From: Ginglymostoma cirratum
Lineage: Eukaryota
Assembly (NCBI GenBank): GCA_024137785.1
Contig: JAHRHZ010000111.1
Span: 31,689,547-31,753,546 of the forward strand
Length of the DNA stretch: 64,000 nucleotides
Reading direction: 5' to 3'
Shown in pieces: positions 12,758-25,378 of this stretch. Positions within the stretch are counted from its first letter, which is position 1, and every line of letters starts with the position of its first letter. The translations under genes were made by a program, and so were the position numbers. The notes under the pieces are model-generated. The model searched no databases, was not told the DNA's origin, and saw nothing but the letters and a program-made list of their open reading frames with translations.

Positions 12758-13168
12758 AAGGAGCAGCACCTCATTCTGCCTCGGGAGACTACAACCCAAT
12801 GGTCTCAATGTGGACTTCACTAGTTTCAAAATCTACCCACCCCTGGCCTCGTCCCATGTCCAACCCTCCCTCTCATCCCAGCTCCCTTGACCTGTCTGTC
12901 TTCTCTCCCACCTATCTGCTCCTCCCACTTCACTGACCAATCCTGCATACCTGCCCTCACCTAGCACCAGCCCACCTACCTTCCCCAGCCCCACCTCTCC
13001 TCTCTCTATTTATTTCAGAGATCCCTTCGCCCTCCCCCATTTCTGAAGAAGGGTCCCGACCCAAAACATCAGCTTTCCTGCTCCTCTGATGCTGCCTGGC
13101 CTGCTGTGTTCCTCCAGCCCCACACTGTGTTGTCTCTGACTCCAGCATTGGCAGTTCTTACTATCTCT
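12758..13168 (+). mobile_element. Penelope-like element 3' fragment (GIY-YIG C-terminus, pyrimidine-rich UTR, pLTR with decayed hammerhead)
   Basis: EQHLI..GRLQPNGLNVDFTSFKI; ctgaagaagggtcccgacccaaaacatc at 13043-13070. Confidence 0.85.
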
Positions 13169-13226
13169 GATGTTAAAGGCTGCCTTCCAGAAGGGTTCTC
13201 CTTCCACCTCACAGTGGTGGCCAGTC

Positions 13227-13560
13227 TTTTTTTTTATTCATTAACGGGATGTGGACATCGCTGGCTAGACAGCACTAATTGCCCACTCCTAATTGCCTAG
13301 AGGGCAGTTCAGATGCAACCACATTTCTGTGGGTCTGGAGTCACATATAGGCCAGAGCAGGTAAGGATGGCAGTTTCCTTCCCTAAACGACATTAGTGAA
13401 CCAGATGGGTTTTTCCCAACAATTGACCGTGGATTCATGCTCATCATTAGATTCTTAATTCCAGGTAATTTATTGAATTCCAATTCCACCATCTACCATA
13501 GTGGGATTCGAACCGGGTGCCTAGAATGTTATCCGGGCCTCTGGTTTAACAATCTCGGCC
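13227..13560 (-). mobile_element. tRNA-derived SINE (same family as 37067-37420)
   Basis: Reverse-complement match over ~330 bp including the B box gggattcgaacc and the polyA. Confidence 0.9.
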
Positions 13561-16247
13561 ACTGCTTCCCCCTGTCTCCTATGTCTGTCTCTTATTCAGC
13601 ATTTCAAAAGAGTAGCTGCAATGTTCAATTTCTTGTTGCAACAACATCTCAGTTATTAACTATTTACTGGAGCTGAGTAGTTCTCTGAAGCTTGAAAGTC
13701 TCTGATTGACTTAAAGAGCCCACCTACCTCACTTCACTGGACAGTGAAATTGTCTCATGCCAATTGATCACAATTTTGATAAATCACTGTTTTCTCCTAA
13801 AGTTGAGCTTGGGGACTGGAAACTGTCCTAGCTCCTCTATCCCACTCCCAAGGCGAGAGCTCCACTCAGGATTTCAGAAGTGACCTTTCTTCAGAACTTT
13901 CATCAGTTGCAATGAGAGGACTTTGACATAAAATATTAAATTTATTTCTCTTTTCCAATACGGCCAGAGCTGTTCTTTCTGCTTTCATGATAAGATACAT
14001 GCTGCATGTTTGAGGTCTCAAACAACCACCTGCAGGATGTTTAAAGTGATCAACTGAGTGCTAAAGTACAGCCCTGCAAAGATGTACAAATAACGGTGGC
14101 TGTAGCGTTTTACACGTTTTCACTTTGTAAAGGGGATTTACCAAGGAGCAGAGCACTCTCATCAATCAATTGCAGAAGATGTCTCTTACAGGAGGGAGAC
14201 CAAATAATTGGCAAATCAAACAAAGTGTCTTAATATAACCACAAGAATTGCCAAAGGAAGAGTTTTGACATAACAATATTATTTTTTCCTTATTGTCAGG
14301 CCATTTTACTGAAATTTTATATGCCCCTTGGCCATGAAGACAGCAAATGGAGAAAATATTTATTAAATCCTAAATGTTAATAAAACTGCAGTTTTATATA
14401 GTACTCAATAGCTTAGTTGAATAAAGTTGAACCTAGTATGACCACAGCAGCATCTCCAAATAATGAAAACTCTTTAAAACTCATAACAAATAGATCTGCT
14501 AAAGCATTAGCTCAGTTTGATTGATACCAGTTTGTATTCACCCAAAATACATGTGTTTTGTCACAACACCTTTAAATGTCTTTGTGGGGGTCTGTGATGC
14601 AGTGTGTAACACAGCAAAGGCTGTGTGGTCTTTCCCAGGATGTTGTACGGCCACAGGCAATAAAGTTTAGTAGGAAAATAGTATTCAAATCAGTATAAAA
14701 CTGCAGCCAAAAAGTATGATGGAAGGTGTGCCAGAAGCCACAGTCACTGACACAGGGTCTCTTTCTGATTGCATGGTGCCCTGTTACGGCTGTTCTGTCT
14801 ACTGTGATCAACAACCTGGCCAGGCTGTGTGCAGCATTAGACAGTAGCAGGTTGTGGACGTCTCCCTGCTGTACAGACTAGTTAGCACACTCTGAAAATC
14901 AGCAGCGAAACTACATTTAAAGGAACTTCCTACCCTTGGGCCTCAGATGCAGCTGGACATCTTTGGATGGACCTTGTAATTTCAGCAACACGGGTTCTTT
15001 CTCAATTGAATTGCGTGTTTCACCAAATGTTCTGTCCGACAACTCAGCGGAATATGTTCTCGTTTGTGGTTAAGAATCGAGCAGTCTGTGCTACAGGTTA
15101 CTGTGTGAAGTTAGGTTAAAATTGATTGCTGAGCTCTGACATTTCCACTCAAAGGGTAAAACAGGATTAGAGCATATGGTATATGCCAGGAACAAAGACA
15201 GCGGTGATACAGTGCATGAAAAAAAAGAACCTATAACGAAAAGGAAAAGGATAATGCCAGTACTAGTAAAGAGAGTTTGCATTATTTCCTCATTGCCCCA
15301 GATTTCCAGGGCTCTGTTGTCAAATGTAGATCCCTTTCTGACTAGAACTGCGTGCTGTCTTCTTTCTTGTCACTGTTACTCTCTGCCTTTGTAAAAGCAG
15401 GAACAAGCAGCTTTGTGAAATAGGAATGCAAAAGATGTATTATGACCTAAACGCCTAGCAACCACCTTATATGATGGTGTGAATATAAAGCACGTATTTT
15501 TTTTCTTTGCGAAATTTCATACGCCACGTGGCAAATTCTATCACAGACCAACTCAGAGGATCCTGTTAAAATTCAGGCATGCCTGTGCATTTGGGAAGTG
15601 GCGAACAATTGCTGCAGAGCTGTGCATCATTTTACCTTGCTGCTGCATTGTGCCCTACCTGAATTTTATATTAAAAGCTTTTTCACTGATTGTGAGCATA
15701 TTTAGTGAAGGTAGTTGGCAAATCTGAGGCTATGCGATATCCTTAAATGGTGAGTTGTGAATGCACCGCCCGAAATGGAAACATATATAATAGTAATATT
15801 CAAAAAGTGTATTAGACAAATACTTGAAGAGAAAATACGTAAACATCTACGTGGGATGTTTTTAAATTGCACAGCATGACAAATAATGTTAGATCCAGCT
15901 AGGGTCAGAGTGACTAAATGCTAAGGGAGTGAATAAGTAGCCCAGAGATGTAGCCTGGTCCAGTCCATGAGCCCAAAGTGACCTTGCTGCACTATTACAA
16001 TGAGAGTTGTCAGTGCAGCCCAAGGTACAGTATTGAAACTTAGAAGTGTGCTGCAAGTGGATCAGAGGTGTCTCACCATGGTTCCTGGAGGGTGGCATAC
16101 ATTGGATGCCAATGTCCGAGAATGTGGGGTACATGTAGTTGCTTTCACGGAGCACGCCCTGAGATGTTGATGTCAAACATGTAGGTCCTTCGGAGCAAAT
16201 GGTTAGCTGATGTCACCATGTACCCGTGCTTTCTTCCATCTTGAGAA

Positions 16248-16905
16248 TTCATAAGAAAATAGGAACTTGGAGCTGGGAGTAGGCGGTTCAGTCCCTCAGG
16301 CCCACTCTGCTATTTGCTACAATCAAAGCTGATCTCATCTCGGCCTCAAATCTACTTTCCTGCCCACTGTCCATAACCCTTCAACCCACTATTACAAATC
16401 TCTCCATCTCCTCCTTAAATTAAGTCAATGCCCCAGCATCCACTGTACTCCGAGGTCGTGAATTGCAAAGATTGATGATCCTTTGAGAGCAGTAATTTCT
16501 TCTCATCTCTGTTTTAAATTTGCTACCCCCTTATCCTAAAATTGTAACCGCTTGCTCCAGATTGACCCACATGAGGAAATATCCTTTCCATGACTACTTT
16601 CTCAATCCCTTTAGAATCTTAAATATCTCAATTAGATATCGTCTCATTCTTCTAACTCCAAAGAGTATCGACCGAAACTGCTTAACCTCTCTCCACATGA
16701 GAAATCCCTCATTGCTGAAATCAATCCAATGAACTTCTCTGAACTGCCTCCAATGCAACTACATTCCTCCTCAAGTAATTGCATACAATACTCCAGCTGG
16801 GGTTTCACTAATGTCTTGTACGGTTGCAGCAGCTCTTCCTTACTTTTATACTCTATTCCTTTAACAATAAATGACAAAATTCCACTTGTCCTCTTTATTG
16901 TCAAT
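16248..16905 (-). mobile_element. CR1 LINE 3' region
   Basis: ORF 16644-16904 GILSFIVKGIEYKSKEELLQPYKTLVKPQLEYCMQ; (ttcttat) tail. Confidence 0.85.
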
Positions 16906-17399
16906 GCTCAACATCTAGCTTGTTCAGTGCTTTTGGTAAGATAGGAAGCTGAATATCAATGAGGCAAGTTCGGCTGGTATTAAGACATTTGACAAGTTAT
17001 AATCGCCCTAGTAAGAAACTTGCCTCATTGCTCCACATAAAAGATGGTGCAGGAGTTCCCAACATCTAGATGGGTTTCGCTGAAGAATTCATTCAATTCT
17101 GTCACAAATATTGCCGTAGCCCATATTGCTCAGAACTCTGTAAGACTCCATCCACCATTTTTTTTCTGCCCCTCATTCTACCTATAGTTTCCTTTTGAGG
17201 GCCTGCAGTCCCCTGAAAGCTTACATCTGGTTTATGTGCTTGGTCAATGTGTCATGAGCTAAATGCTGGGATTGTAAATCTCCATGTAAAAGAGCAGCTT
17301 TATTACATGATGATCAGCTTGGTGTAATGGAGTTCCAGAGCCCATAGGGTAGGCATTCAGTATGCTACTCCAGATCACAATATCACACAATTATTAGGT

Positions 17400-18030
17400 C
17401 CATGACTGGCAGGACTCCAAGTAGCTCGGAGAAAAAGAGGAATCATGGGGTGCTTGTCCATAGATCCCTAAAGTCACAGGGCAGTTCAACAGTGTGGCTA
17501 AGAAGGCGTATGGGACGCTTACCATTATCAGTCATAGATAATAGAGGCAGGGAAATTCTGTTAGACCTGTACAAAACTTTGGTTAGGAGTACAGTATGCA
17601 GCTTTGCTCACCACACATTGGAAGGATTGATAACATTGGATTCACCAAGACGGTGCCTGAGTTGGAGCAGTTTAGCTTTGAAGAGAGGCTGGATGGATTT
17701 GGGATGTTTTCTTCTGAGTATTGAAGGCTGAGAGGACACTTGATTGAAATTATAAGATTATGTGGGACATGGGCAGTGGGGATACGAACAAGCTGTTCCC
17801 ATTTGTTGATGGGTCATTAATGGGGGCATACCTTTAAGGTGAAGGGCAGGAGGATTAGAGGGAATTTGAGAAAAATGTTTTTGCCCAGAGGGTGTTAGGA
17901 ATCTGGAATGAACGGTTTGGAAGGGCAGTAGAGGCAGGAAAGTTGACAACATTTAAAAGTATGTGGACGAGCATTTGAAACAGCATAACATTCCGGGCTA
18001 TTGTCAAGGGCTGGAAAGTGGGATTAGCAG
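17400..18030 (+). mobile_element. CR1 LINE 3' region
   Basis: GVLVHRSLK; REILLDLYKTLVR; GHTFKVKGRRIRGNLRKMFLPRG-like motifs. Confidence 0.85.
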
Positions 18031-18839
18031 AGATTTCTGGTCTGTAAGGTTCTATCAGATTCTTTATTTTTGAACATACATATTAAAAACCAACCTGCTG
18101 AGAGGTTATTTTGCACACCTTTGGTGGAGTGGGCTTGAACCTAGGCCTCCTGGTTCAGAAGTAGGGGCCATTACCACTGTGCCGCAGGTTCTCTTATTGG
18201 AGTCTTTGTATATGTCATTGTCAATTCACAAACATGCCTCCCTAGTTAATCATTCATTGAGCCAGTTACATTTATCAGAAAAGCATTATTTTCAGATGAC
18301 TAAGTGGAAAGTTCAAAGTTGAGGAAAACAGATCTTGCAGCCTAAACTGTACTACTTCTTTACAGTGATTCCTATCTCATCTCCAAGCATTGTGAAACAA
18401 AGGGTACAAATCAATGACATAATGAAATAAGGAAGCTGCTTGCAACAAGTGAGAGAAAAATTTGAATACAACTGGGCTGACATTTATTACTGTTGGTTCA
18501 ATAAAATATTAGTCAAGGCCAATTGTGCATGTTATTACAACAAAGCCTGTCACCCCTTTGACTCAAGACACCTTTTAATGATATAGATTAAAGGCTTTTG
18601 TTTCCGAGTCCCTAGACACAGGTCAATACAGAATTTTATCATTGCCTGTGGAGATAATCGAACAGGTGAATAACCTGCAGCTGGGATCAGGTTAGGCAGC
18701 TGGGTATTGTCATCTGAATTCCCTGATTTCAAACAACGGCCATGTTTGTGAGGCTAGCCAGGCCATATTATTGTGCTGTTAAAAAGGCAATTGAAACTGG
18801 ACAAAAATCAACATTAATGTTTTAAGTCTATTAGTTTTT

Positions 18840-19480
18840 TAAAAATTTTCAAAATATGTTGTAACTGGCTAGACCAGCACTTATTGTCTATTGTTAATTG
18901 CCCTTGATAGGGTGGTGGTAAACCTCCTTTTTGAACTACAGCTACCCAAGGGGAACAGCTATAACCACAGTGCTGTTAGGAAAGGAGTTCCAGGCTTTTG
19001 ACACAAATCAACAGTATAATTCCATGTCAAGATATTGTGTGGTTTGGAGGGTAAATTACAGGTGGTGTTCTTTCCATGCACCTGTGACCATTATTCTTCT
19101 AGATTGTAGATGTTGCATGTTTATGAGATCAGGGGTCAAAGAAGATTTCATGAGTTGCTGTAATGCATCTTGTAGATGGTTCACGTTGATGCTACTGTGC
19201 ATCAGTGATGGAGTAAATAAATTTTGAATGTGGAGATTGGGGTGCTAATCTAGCAGGCTACTTTGTCCTGGACAGTTACATACTTTGAGTGTTATCGAGT
19301 TGCATTCAACTGGGCAAGTGGGGAGTATTCCATCACACTCCTGACTTGTTGCATTGAGATGATAGACAATGTCTGGGGAGTCAGTGGGTGGGTTATTTAC
19401 CGAAGCTCTGATCTGCTCTTGTAGCCATGTTATTTATTTGGCTAATCTTGTTCAGTTTCTAGTCAGTGGTGACCCCTACA
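18840..19480 (-). mobile_element. Older copy of the LINE family at 5913-7082 (3' region)
   Basis: Colinear with 5920-6570, e.g. caagtggggagtattccatcacactcctgacttgt. Confidence 0.8.
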
Positions 19481-20019
19481 TTGTTGACAGTTACTTGCAT
19501 ATGGGGGTGCAGACATGCACAAGCAATGCAACGAGCAACTGAATCCACGAAGAGGAAATATGTGCATTATTAGAGTTGAAATTAAAGATAATACTTGAAC
19601 AGTTAGGTGTTCAATCACTGAACTGTGCTGTTCGACCCCTAAAACAACATTTCCTGGCAAGAAACAAAACGTACTCAGTACATTCAAACAATTCTTTAAC
19701 TCCCCTGTATATGCAAAAACACAAGTGCAATGCAGTGTAAAGACATTGTCTGAAGATAACTTACCCACACAAGATGACCAACTTTTGTCTGCACATGGTA
19801 AATGGATGGATTGTGGGTGTAGCAGCCACGGCAATCACCTGAGTGTCCCACATTGGACCACTCATTTTTCTTGGCCAGCCTTCATTATACTACAGTTTGT
19901 GAACATTTAGCACTGAATTAAACCCCTTTCTTCTTCAGTAGTTCTTTGATTTGGACAGGTGGGTTTGGACACTTTTTCCACTTGTCAGGATCGAAGGAAG
20001 CAGCTTAAAGGAACAGGGA

Positions 20020-20318
20020 TCACAGAACCTCTACAGTGTGGAATCAGGCCATTAAGCCCATCGAGTCGACACCGCCCGTCCAAAGAACATCCCAATCCAC
20101 TACCCTGTCCCTGTAATCCACCTAGCTTGCATACCCCTGGACACTATGGGCAATTTAACATGGCCAATTCACCCAGCCTGCACATCTTTGGACTGTGGAA
20201 GGAAGCCCCATTAGACACAAGGAGAATGTGCAAACTCCACATAGTTGGTTGCCCAAGGCTAGAATCACACTTGGGACTCAGGTGCTATGAAGGCAGCAAT
20301 TCTAACCACTGAGCCACC
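20020..20318 (-). mobile_element. HE1-like V-SINE
   Basis: gggcaatttaacatggccaattcacccagcctgcacatctttggactgtgg..gagaatgtgcaaactccaca is the reverse complement of the copy at 22241. Confidence 0.85.
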
Positions 20319-20650
20319 CCACAGCAACATGGAAGCAGCTCACTTTGGACCAGCAGTTAACATGGGTATGGTAGCAACTTCATAATGTTTCAGAACCATC
20401 CAAGGTGGAGGGGAGATGTGAAAATTTAAAAATTACAGCCAGACATATGCCCCATAAGTATGACAGAAGCTGAGGATTCCTTTAATTATTGTTCCAAATA
20501 ACTGCCTCCCAACTGGTATAGCAATGGGTATAAGCAGCATAAACAGGAATAGTCTATAATCAGGCAGGAAGAGCTAAATATGGTGTTGAATCTGAATTGA
20601 ATCATCATTGGCTGCCCCTTGCTTCAAGAATGATGATTATTCAGGGTTGC

Positions 20651-21280
20651 GAATTCCAACGCATCATCCTCCAACACTTCCACCATCTGCAATCCGACAC
20701 CACCACCAAAGACATTTTTCCCTCCCCATCCTTATCTGCTTTCCGGAGGGACGACTCCCTCCGCTACTCCCTTGTCCGCTCCACACTCCCCTCCAGCCCC
20801 ACCACACCCGGCACTTTTCCCTGCAACCGCAGGAAGTGCTACACCTGCCCCCACACCTCCTTCCTCACCCCAATCCCAGGCCCCAAGAAGTCTTTCCACA
20901 TCAGGCAGATGTTCACCTGCACATCTGCCAATGTGGTATACTGCATCCGCTGTACCCGTTGTGGCCTCCTCTACATCGGGGAAACCAAGCGGAGGCTTTT
21001 GGACCGCTTTGCAGAACACCTGCGCTCAGTTCGCAACAAACAACTGCACCTCCCAGTCGCGAACCATTTCAACTCCCCCTCCCATTCCTCAGACGACATG
21101 TCCATCCTGGGCCTCCTGCAATGCCACAATGATGCCACCCGAAGGCTGCAGGAACAGCGAATCATATTCAGCCTGGGAACCCTGCAGCCCAATGGTATCG
21201 ATGTGGATTTCACAAGCTTCAAAATCTCCCCTCCCCCAACCGCATCCCAAAACCAGCCCAGCTCGTCCCTGCCTCCCTAA
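20651..21280 (+). CDS. Penelope-like element C-terminal region: Cys linker plus GIY-YIG endonuclease (5'-truncated, frame open)
   Basis: ORF 20597-21280: FPCNRRKCYTC..NVVYCIRCTRCGLLYIGETKRRLLDRFAEH..VANHFN..RRLQEQRIIFSLGTLQPNG. Confidence 0.85.
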   Translation, partial: EFQRIILQHFHHLQSDTTTKDIFPSPSLSAFRRDDSLRYSLVRSTLPSSPTTPGTFPCNRRKCYTCPHTSFLTPIPGPKKSFHIRQMFTCTSANVVYCIRCTRCGLLYIGETKRRLLDRFAEHLRSVRNKQLHLPVANHFNSPSHSSDDMSILGLLQCHNDATRRLQEQRIIFSLGTLQPNGIDVDFTSFKISPPPTASQNQPSSSLPP

Positions 21281-21548
21281 CCTGTTTTTCCTCTCACCTA
21301 TCCCCTCCTCCCACCTCAAGCCCCACCCCTATCTCCTATCTACTAACATCATCCCACCCCCTTGACCTGTCCGTCCTCCCTGGACTGACCTATCTCCTCC
21401 CTACCCCCCTACCTACACTCACCTTTACTGGCTCCATCCCCGCCTCTTTGACTTGTCTGTCTCCTCTCCACCTATCCTCTCCTCTATCCATCTTCTATCC
21501 GCCTCCCCCTCTCTCCCTATTTATTTCAGAACCCTCTTCCCCTCCCCC

Positions 21549-21584
21549 ATTTCTGATGAAGGGTCTAGGCCCGAAACGTCAAGC
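21549..21584 (+). ncRNA. Minimal type I hammerhead ribozyme motif
   Basis: CUGAUGA-A-GGGU(CUAG)GCCC-GAAA-CG-UC; helix III reduced to palindromic ACGU; predicted cleavage after 21580. Confidence 0.75.
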
Positions 21585-22240
21585 TTTCCTATGATGTTGC
21601 TTGGCCTGCTGTGTTCATCCAGCTCCACACGTTATCGCTGTACATGATCAACAGGTTGATTCCCAATGCAGGCAGGACACTGTCCCAAGTGGCAGTGGTG
21701 TTGGATTGCTGCATTTGCTTCGTTTTCTTCCTTTCTCTGCTGCAGGGCCTGCTCCATCATTAAGGATCTTCAACTAGAGTCAATCACTTAACCTCTATTT
21801 GTGTCAATGTTTGATGTTGCTGTCCATTTGCTGCCAGAACTTGGCAAACAGCAGGTCCTCACAAAGCTTAGAAAACAGTCTTGATACAACAAAAAAAAGC
21901 AGCAACATGCTACCATTTCCATGACACATTTACTTTGTCACAGGCATATATTTAGCACAGTGCAAAAAGGTCACAACTTAATGTTTTCACTGACAAAACA
22001 AAGGATGTTCCAAACAGCACATTAGCTAACATTGCATTTCAAATGCAGGCACCACTTAGATGCCAGACAGGAAGTAGCTCCATTACAATACACTTCAAGG
22101 ACACCCACAAATATTCTAATTGGATTGCTTATAGTTCAGCACCTTAGTTGCATTCCTACAGATCATTAGCATGAAAGTGTGCCCTTGGTGTCTTAATATC
22201 ACACAGATCAACCAACTTCTCAGTTATTCATAGTGAAAAC

Positions 22241-22535
22241 AGTGGGTGGCATGGTGGCTCACAGCACCAGGGTCCCAGGTTCACTTCCAGCCCCAGGTGA
22301 CTGTGTGTGGAGTTTGCATATTCTCCTTGTGTCTGTGTGGGCTTCCTCCGGGTGCTCCGGTTTCATCCCACAATCCAAAGATGTGCAGGCTAGGTGGATT
22401 GGCCATGCTAAATTGCCCATTGTGTTCAGGGGTGTGCGGGTTATAGGGGGATGGGTCTGGGTGGGATGTTCCAAGGGTCAGTGTGGACTTGTTGGGCCAA
22501 AGGGCCTGTTTCCACACTGTAGGGATTCTAATTCT
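22241..22535 (+). mobile_element. HE1-like V-SINE, near full length
   Basis: tRNA-like head, V-domain gtgtggagtttgcatattctcc..gggtgctccggtttc..ccaaagatgtgcagg, CR1-like tail ttgggccaaagggcctgtttccacactgta. Confidence 0.9.
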
Positions 22536-23296
22536 AAACACAATTATTGGACAAAGTGAGAAGAGACAGGGTATTTGTGGATCAGAGTCTCTTTATCAGT
22601 GGTTGTGAAGATCACAACATCTCTTAATTTTTCATAGCCAGACAATTTTAATCCATCTGGAAGGAGGTACCTTGTGAAGCAAGACAACCATGTCCACAAG
22701 AATTCAGCACACAACCAAAGGGGAGGTATTCCAGGGACATCACAGAACCATTCATTTTACAGAGGTGCAGAGCAACAGTAATAGAGAAAATAGCAATTTA
22801 TGCCATGAAATATAAATAATTTCATAGCTGTTTTTAAACCAAGGTTTTGGTTAGTATGGAATAACAGGGTCAAGTTTCACTTGTTAAACCTGATGTGAAG
22901 AGAATGGTAATAGTCTCAAATAGATCAATAGATCAATAGCATTACTGTCTGTTATGAGAGTGCAAACAACACGATTTTGAAAGGACCTAAACACCAGTTT
23001 ATCGCTGTAGGCTTCTTTAAGCATATGGACCACTACTCTATCACCTCCCCCCCAACCAACCATCCCCACAAACAAATGTTCATTACGACATGATTCTTCA
23101 GCTCAATCCGACATTTGAATCACAATTGTCTTTGATGCTTTGCATCTTGTGGCTTGATGTAATTAAGATCTGAACCTAAAGATCATCAACTCCATCTTTT
23201 CCACAGGTGTGCCCAAAAGTCAAAATGGACTCCCGATACACCCGTCAAATCATTATGAAGAACACGCATATGTTCAAAATACTAAGTGTAGTGTTA

Positions 23297-23500
23297 TAAC
23301 AAGGTGTAGAGCTGGATGAACACGGCAGGAAATCTTGACGTTTCGGGCCTAGACCCCTCATCAGAATTTTCTGATGAAGGGTCTAGGCCCAAAACGTCAA
23401 CATTTCCTGATCCTATGATGCTGCTTGGCCTGCTGTGTTCATCCAGCTCTACACCTTGTTATCTTGGATTCTCCAGCATCTGCAGTACCTTTTATCTCTG
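23297..23500. mobile_element. Palindromic pLTR element (family A)
   Basis: Arms meet at catcagaa-t-tttctgatg; intact hammerhead core on - (23337-23364), G12>A on +; tgtagtgttat at 23287-23297 and 23508-23518. Confidence 0.88.
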
Positions 23501-23561
23501 ATACAATTGTAGTGTTATGATCCCTGACATGGTCTGCCAAACTCATGTTCAGTCTGGCTAG

Positions 23562-25378
23562 TGAAATAATTTCACAGAGGCTGGTATGCCATCACCAAGT
23601 CACCCTTTATTTACATGTGGAGAGTCCTTGACACTGATCCAGCTCCCTCGGAGGCAGCTCTCAGAATGAACAGGATGTCTGACACTCTGCTTCTTATCTG
23701 TCAGCCAGGGCTCCCTGATTGGACCAGATTAACAACCCCGATCAGGGAACTCCTATTCAATGAGACCCATCTGGCTGACATAATTACAGTCACTACATTT
23801 CGCCCCCTCTCACCCTGAGGACATAAGCCAGCTCTTCATTTTGTAGCTTTTCCTGAGGCTTTTTAGCATGCAGGTCAGGTTCCTCCAACTCTGCCTCTGA
23901 TACAGATGCTGTGTAACTCACAGTAACTCGCCTCTTGCACCCAGAGCATCTCGGAAAAATTCATTCTCCTCTTCAGGTGGCAAAATTGTCGAAGCTGCAA
24001 CATTCACCATGTACATCACGGATTCTAAGGTTTCTTCAACCGTTAATGGTAAGGGAGGACATGCGGGTCCCAGAACAGTCGGAGAAGCATTCAAGGAGCC
24101 GGGCACATTTTGCTCCTGCACCGTTTGCAAGTTTGCAGCTTTCATTTGGTCTATGTGCTTGTTCAGGGCCGCTGGACCTACCCAAGCCTTTTACATTACT
24201 GGGCTTGACCTCATGTTGACCTTTCCTCTTACCATGCAGGGCCATTCCCATGGCTTTGTGAAGGACAGCCCTCCTATCAACTATGTGTATAAATCCTTTA
24301 TGCAAGGAATTGCGTATTTATCCAGCTGCAAAACGTGGTTTACTGTTTGTTTAAAATCCCCACAAAGGTGAACCGACCCATCAGTCCTCACAATCAGTAC
24401 AATCGGTGCTGCCCATTCTGCAAACTGCACTGGTTTGATGATTCCTTCACATTCCAACCTCCTGATTTCTGTCTCTACTTTTATGCATAAGGCAAATGGT
24501 AATAGGTGGGTCTTGCAGAATCGTGGAATTGCTTCTTGGTCAACATGCAAGGTGGCCTTGTCTCCTTTGACAGTCCCTAGACCTTCCTGAAAAACGTTTG
24601 GGGTGAGAATTAGAGCTTAACTCAGGTAGCCATTTTCTGATCAAAAAATAATGAGCCAACCTAGGTGAATCTTCTCAACGAATTTCGTCCCAACAAGCTT
24701 GGGTCCAAGTCTTTTACTACAATCAGTGGTAACTGAATGAGCTGCTTCTCATAAGAGATTGGAACCAAAGTTGGACACTGAATCTGTAAAGGTTTCCCGA
24801 TATAGGTTTCACATGAGATTACATGTACAGACTTGAGGCCAGGGTGAATTTTGTTAAAGACTGGTTCTGTGATCACTGAAACAGCTGTGCTGGTATCAAA
24901 CTCCATTAGAAACAGGTGGCCATTTAACCAGACATTTATTTTGATCGAAGGTGTAGAGCTGGATGAACACAGCAGGCCAAGCAGCATCAGAGGAGCAGGA
25001 AGGCTGACGTTTCGGGCCTAGGCCCTTCTGAAGAAGGTTTTCGTAAATGTTGCCTCAGCGAATGTTAGGCTCCTAATAACGGAAAAAGCTGTGGGTCCAC
25101 AAGCTGTCAGGAAAATTACTCAGAGATAAAAGGTACTGCAGATGCTGGAGAATCCGAGATAACAAGCATGGGGCTGGATGAACACAGCAGGTAAAGCAGC
25201 ATCATAGGAGCAGGAAAACTTGACGTTTCGGGAGCCAGCTCTCACAGTGAACAGAACGTCTGAAACTTTTGCTTATATCTGTCAGCCAGGGGTCCCTGAT
25301 TGGATCAGATTAACAGCCCCAATCAGGGAGCTCATATTCCATGAGGTCCACCTGGTTAAACTCATTACAATCACTACA
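23562..25378 (-). mobile_element. Internally deleted Ty3/Gypsy LTR retrotransposon with 5-bp TSD
   Basis: 3' LTR 23562-23797 (TG..CA), PPT 23798-23815, partial 5' LTR 25232-25378; protease relic MEFDTSTAVSVI; RT start GIIKPVQFAEWAAPIV..LCGDFKQTVN; GCTAG at 23557-23561 and 25379-25383. Confidence 0.9.
24948..25231 (-). mobile_element. Two same-orientation family A pLTR fragments (24948-25030, 25122-25231) inside the Gypsy element
   Basis: Both match gctggatgaacacagcagg..gcagcatca..gagcagga..gacgtttcggg. Confidence 0.85.

Larger units (their letters stand above)
20650..21637 (+). mobile_element. 5'-truncated Penelope-like retroelement (Neptune-type), family A
   Basis: GIY-YIG ORF, C-rich 3'UTR 21280-21550, pLTR with hammerhead motif. 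Confidence 0.92.

Noticed and set aside
15880-16240. GC-richer segment that might be another transposase relic
   Set aside because: Motif similarity is too weak to support by eye.
20608-21365. Overlapping Pro/His-rich ORFs (174 aa and 197 aa)
   Set aside because: Alternative frames of the C-rich PLE sequence; only the GIY-YIG frame has motifs.
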